The notes beneath the pieces were generated by a model. It was not told the DNA's origin and made no database searches. It saw only the letters and a program-made list of their open reading frames with translations. A program made the translations under genes and the position numbers. A stretch of 59,403 bases of DNA from Candidatus Pacearchaeota archaeon (lineage in GTDB: Archaea > Nanobdellota > Nanobdellia > Pacearchaeales > GW2011-AR1). Shown here piece after piece: positions 57,463 through 59,403 of the stretch. Within the stretch, counting starts at the first letter, position 1. The number at the start of each line of letters is the position of its first letter. The DNA lies in contig JAAOYK010000062.1 of assembly GCA_018221305.1 (NCBI GenBank), forward strand, positions 1 through 59,403, given 5' to 3'.

Positions 57463-58221
57463 TCAATATATAACTCTATCAAATGCTGATATAAGTTTGT
57501 CACTAGATTTTGGATAGATTTGTTGCCATTTTTTATGTTTTACATTAAATATTTTCGTTTTTGTCCCAATCTGTTTTGATAAATTTTTAAAATTTCCACT
57601 CAAACGGATTTCGCAGTCAGATGAACAAAACCCTACATCTCTTCCAGCATTTCCTAAAACATAAATCTTACATCCTTTTGCAGAAGACCCAAGAGAGTCT
57701 TTCACATCCCCTGTAACAACGATCGTAGAATTTTGTGCTAAATCTCCAAGCCAATTTCCACAATTCCCTCGTATTGATATTATAGAATCTACTGCCTTCC
57801 TCCCTACAAAATGCCCTGCAGCCCCATTTATAGTAAGAACACTATCTCTGAGTTGATATCCGAGATTATTTAAGGATATATCGAGATTAGATAAATTAGA
57901 TAAATTAACATTAAATTGTCTTTCCTTGCTTGAGTGCATTAAAGCGGTTAAATAGTTTGCAGTAAAATCACTAAATCCACCTAAATTACGATATAAAGGT
58001 AAGAATTCAATAAAATCTTTAATATGTTTTTCAGTAGGGACTAGTCTATCGGTTATTGACCGAGGTATTTCTCCTGTTTTGTGTGTCCATTGCATAAAAT
58101 CCACATACCCTTTACAAATCTTTTGAGGATCACAAATTGAAGCCTCTGCGATTAATTTGCTATCATTTAGTAAATCTTCAATTGTTTTTTGCTCAAACAA
58201 TTGTTCATAAAATTCTTTCAT
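57463..58221 (-). CDS. Protein with a C-terminal GXGXG/FwdC-like beta-helix (19-aa repeats)
   Basis: INGAAGHFVG / IRGNCGNWLG / VTGDVKDSLG / VLGNAGRDVG spaced at 19 aa. Confidence 0.75.
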   Translation of the reverse strand: MKEFYEQLFEQKTIEDLLNDSKLIAEASICDPQKICKGYVDFMQWTHKTGEIPRSITDRLVPTEKHIKDFIEFLPLYRNLGGFSDFTANYLTALMHSSKERQFNVNLSNLSNLDISLNNLGYQLRDSVLTINGAAGHFVGRKAVDSIISIRGNCGNWLGDLAQNSTIVVTGDVKDSLGSSAKGCKIYVLGNAGRDVGFCSSDCEIRLSGNFKNLSKQIGTKTKIFNVKHKKWQQIYPKSSDKLISAFDRVIY

Positions 58222-58235
58222 TTTGTTAATTCTTT

Positions 58236-59144
58236 TTAGCGCCTCAGATCAACTTCTTGTTTAAATTTATCAGCAATACATAACAAAGCATAAAGTGCGT
58301 TTGAGTTAGAACTTATTCCAGGAATAAAATCCCTATCCCTAATTAAATCATTCTTAAAACTAAACGTTTCTTCAATTGTTTGTTTAATCTCTTTTGATTG
58401 ACTTTTATCGCCTAACAAATAGCAAAGTAATGAGAATGAGCTGTTTGTGTCTACTTTTAGGTAAGGTTCTTTTATGTTAAACCGGATTAAATTTTTCTTG
58501 AAACCTATTTTTTCAATTATTGCATTTTTTATAGATTTTGCCCTTTTTTTATTCCCAAAAGCGTAATCTAAAATTGCAAAATTAGAATTACTGCAAGCAT
58601 CTGAACCAGCGTAGGAAATAGAGTCCCTAACTAAACCATCTTTAAAACCGATCTTATCTTCAATTGACCTTTTTATTGTTCTTGCTTGGTCTTCATGACC
58701 TAACAAATAACAAAGCATTGCAAATGACGAGTTTGACCTACTTGAAGAGTTCCAACCATCGCCTACAGAGTCCGTACCTCCTATTACATCAAAAAGTAAT
58801 CCATATTCAAAAGCAGTTTTATTTTCAATTGATTTTTTTATTAATCTTGCTTGATCTTCATGACCTAACATATAACAAAGCATTGCAAATGATGAATTTC
58901 CACTCAAACAAGCATAATCATGACGATCCCATTCATTAACTAAACAGCTATGAGAATTATTATCAACAGAACCAAGATTATCTTCAATTGCTTTTTTAAT
59001 ATCCTTTGCTTTAGAAAATTGAAAAAAATCTGCATCAGTATAATTTTTTTCTGAATAAAGTGAATCCCTTTCAGGGATTTGTTTTAAAATCCCAGAGATG
59101 CCCCCTTCTTTTTCAATATATTGCTGGTAAAAATCTTGAGTCAT
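58236..59144 (-). CDS. Uncharacterised helical-repeat protein (about 5 repeats of ~48-55 aa)
   Basis: Repeated NSSFA.LCY.LG...A..IK..IE..IGF..GL. Confidence 0.75.
   Translation of the reverse strand: MTQDFYQQYIEKEGGISGILKQIPERDSLYSEKNYTDADFFQFSKAKDIKKAIEDNLGSVDNNSHSCLVNEWDRHDYACLSGNSSFAMLCYMLGHEDQARLIKKSIENKTAFEYGLLFDVIGGTDSVGDGWNSSSRSNSSFAMLCYLLGHEDQARTIKRSIEDKIGFKDGLVRDSISYAGSDACSNSNFAILDYAFGNKKRAKSIKNAIIEKIGFKKNLIRFNIKEPYLKVDTNSSFSLLCYLLGDKSQSKEIKQTIEETFSFKNDLIRDRDFIPGISSNSNALYALLCIADKFKQEVDLRR
58680..58899. repeat. 55-bp near-identical direct repeat pair (58680-58734 and 58845-58899) inside the repeat protein
   Basis: TCTTGCTTG[G/A]TCTTCATGACCTAACA[A/T]ATAACAAAGCATTGCAAATGA[C/T]GA[G/A]TTT; 4 mismatches, offset 165 nt (55 codons). 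Confidence 0.85.
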
Positions 59145-59146
59145 TT

Positions 59147-59403
59147 TTATTTCCTTTTATCAACTTCTTGTTTAAATTTTTCAGCTAGACAAAGTGTCGC
59201 GTAAAACGCATTTGAGTGAGTCCATAATTTAGAATTTTTAGTACCTGCTTTAACAAGACCACTATTTTTCTCAAAACCAATATAGGATTCAATGCTATGC
59301 TTGATATCGCGAGCACGATTAGTGTTTCCTAAAAGATACTCTAAAATTGCATAAGAAGAATTTGAAGAAGCCCATAAATTAGAGAGATTATTACTTGACT
59401 TAA
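59147..59403 (-). CDS. 3' end of a paralogous helical-repeat protein (truncated by window edge; not in the ORF track)
   Basis: ...SNSSYAILEYLLGNTNRARDIKHSIESYIGFEK...SNAFYATLCLAEKFKQEVDKRK*; same repeat and C-terminus as 58236..59144. Confidence 0.8.
   Translation of the reverse strand, partial: KSSNNLSNLWASSNSSYAILEYLLGNTNRARDIKHSIESYIGFEKNSGLVKAGTKNSKLWTHSNAFYATLCLAEKFKQEVDKRK

Noticed and set aside
57463-58221. Formylmethanofuran dehydrogenase subunit C / methanogenesis
   Set aside because: Only the generic GXGXG beta-helix is present, with no fwdA/B/D neighbours and an unrelated N-terminal domain.
58680-58899. Diversity-generating retroelement TR/VR pair
   Set aside because: The mismatches are not confined to adenines of one copy, both copies are in frame within one CDS, and no reverse transcriptase is in the window.
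339-58939. Numerous short antisense or overlapping ORFs in the six-frame track (e.g. 339..569, 1658..2044, 12055..12357, 55123..55413)
   Set aside because: They are shadows of well-supported genes on the other strand or frame, are often Phe/Leu/Ile-rich as expected from the reverse complement of Lys-rich genes, and carry no motifs.
1-59403. tRNA/rRNA genes, transposases, integrases, stop-codon recoding
   Set aside because: Intergenic gaps are short and AT-rich with no GC-rich structured segments. I saw no mobile-element motifs, and the conserved genes read full length in the standard code.

Overview
AT-rich, very gene-dense archaeal DNA, most consistent with a DPANN lineage such as Pacearchaeota/Woesearchaeota. 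The lineage is an inference from archaeal-type r-proteins with Lys-rich tails, AglB, ribose-1,5-bisphosphate isomerase and compact intergenic regions. 1-6.5 kb is a rearranged ribosomal protein/secY cluster (L19e-L18-S5-[S3-L29-SUI1]-L30-L15-secY-DUF106). 6.5-9.9 kb holds housekeeping genes: VanZ-like, prefoldin alpha, R15P isomerase, SpoIIM-like and an unlisted zinc-ribbon microprotein. About 9.9-54.2 kb is a ~44 kb surface-glycosylation island bracketed by AglH/TagA-like/AglB on the left and a flippase on the right. It contains many glycosyl- and methyltransferases and an unusual sugar-nucleotide toolkit: a nucleotidyltransferase-CBS-GHMP kinase triple fusion, GmhA plus transaldolase, a His-type (RfbH/ColD-like) 3-dehydratase with a Cys cluster, a TPP-dependent E1 alpha/beta pair, four SDR enzymes lacking the catalytic Tyr, two cobalamin-type radical SAM enzymes, an SxtI/J/K/L-like carbamoylation cassette, and a NeuA-like cytidylyltransferase without NeuB. 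54.2-59.4 kb holds DUF2061, secD/secF, a FwdC-like beta-helix protein and tandem paralogous helical-repeat proteins. I saw no rRNA, tRNA, CRISPR or mobile element. All calls rest on motif recognition by eye, with no database searches.
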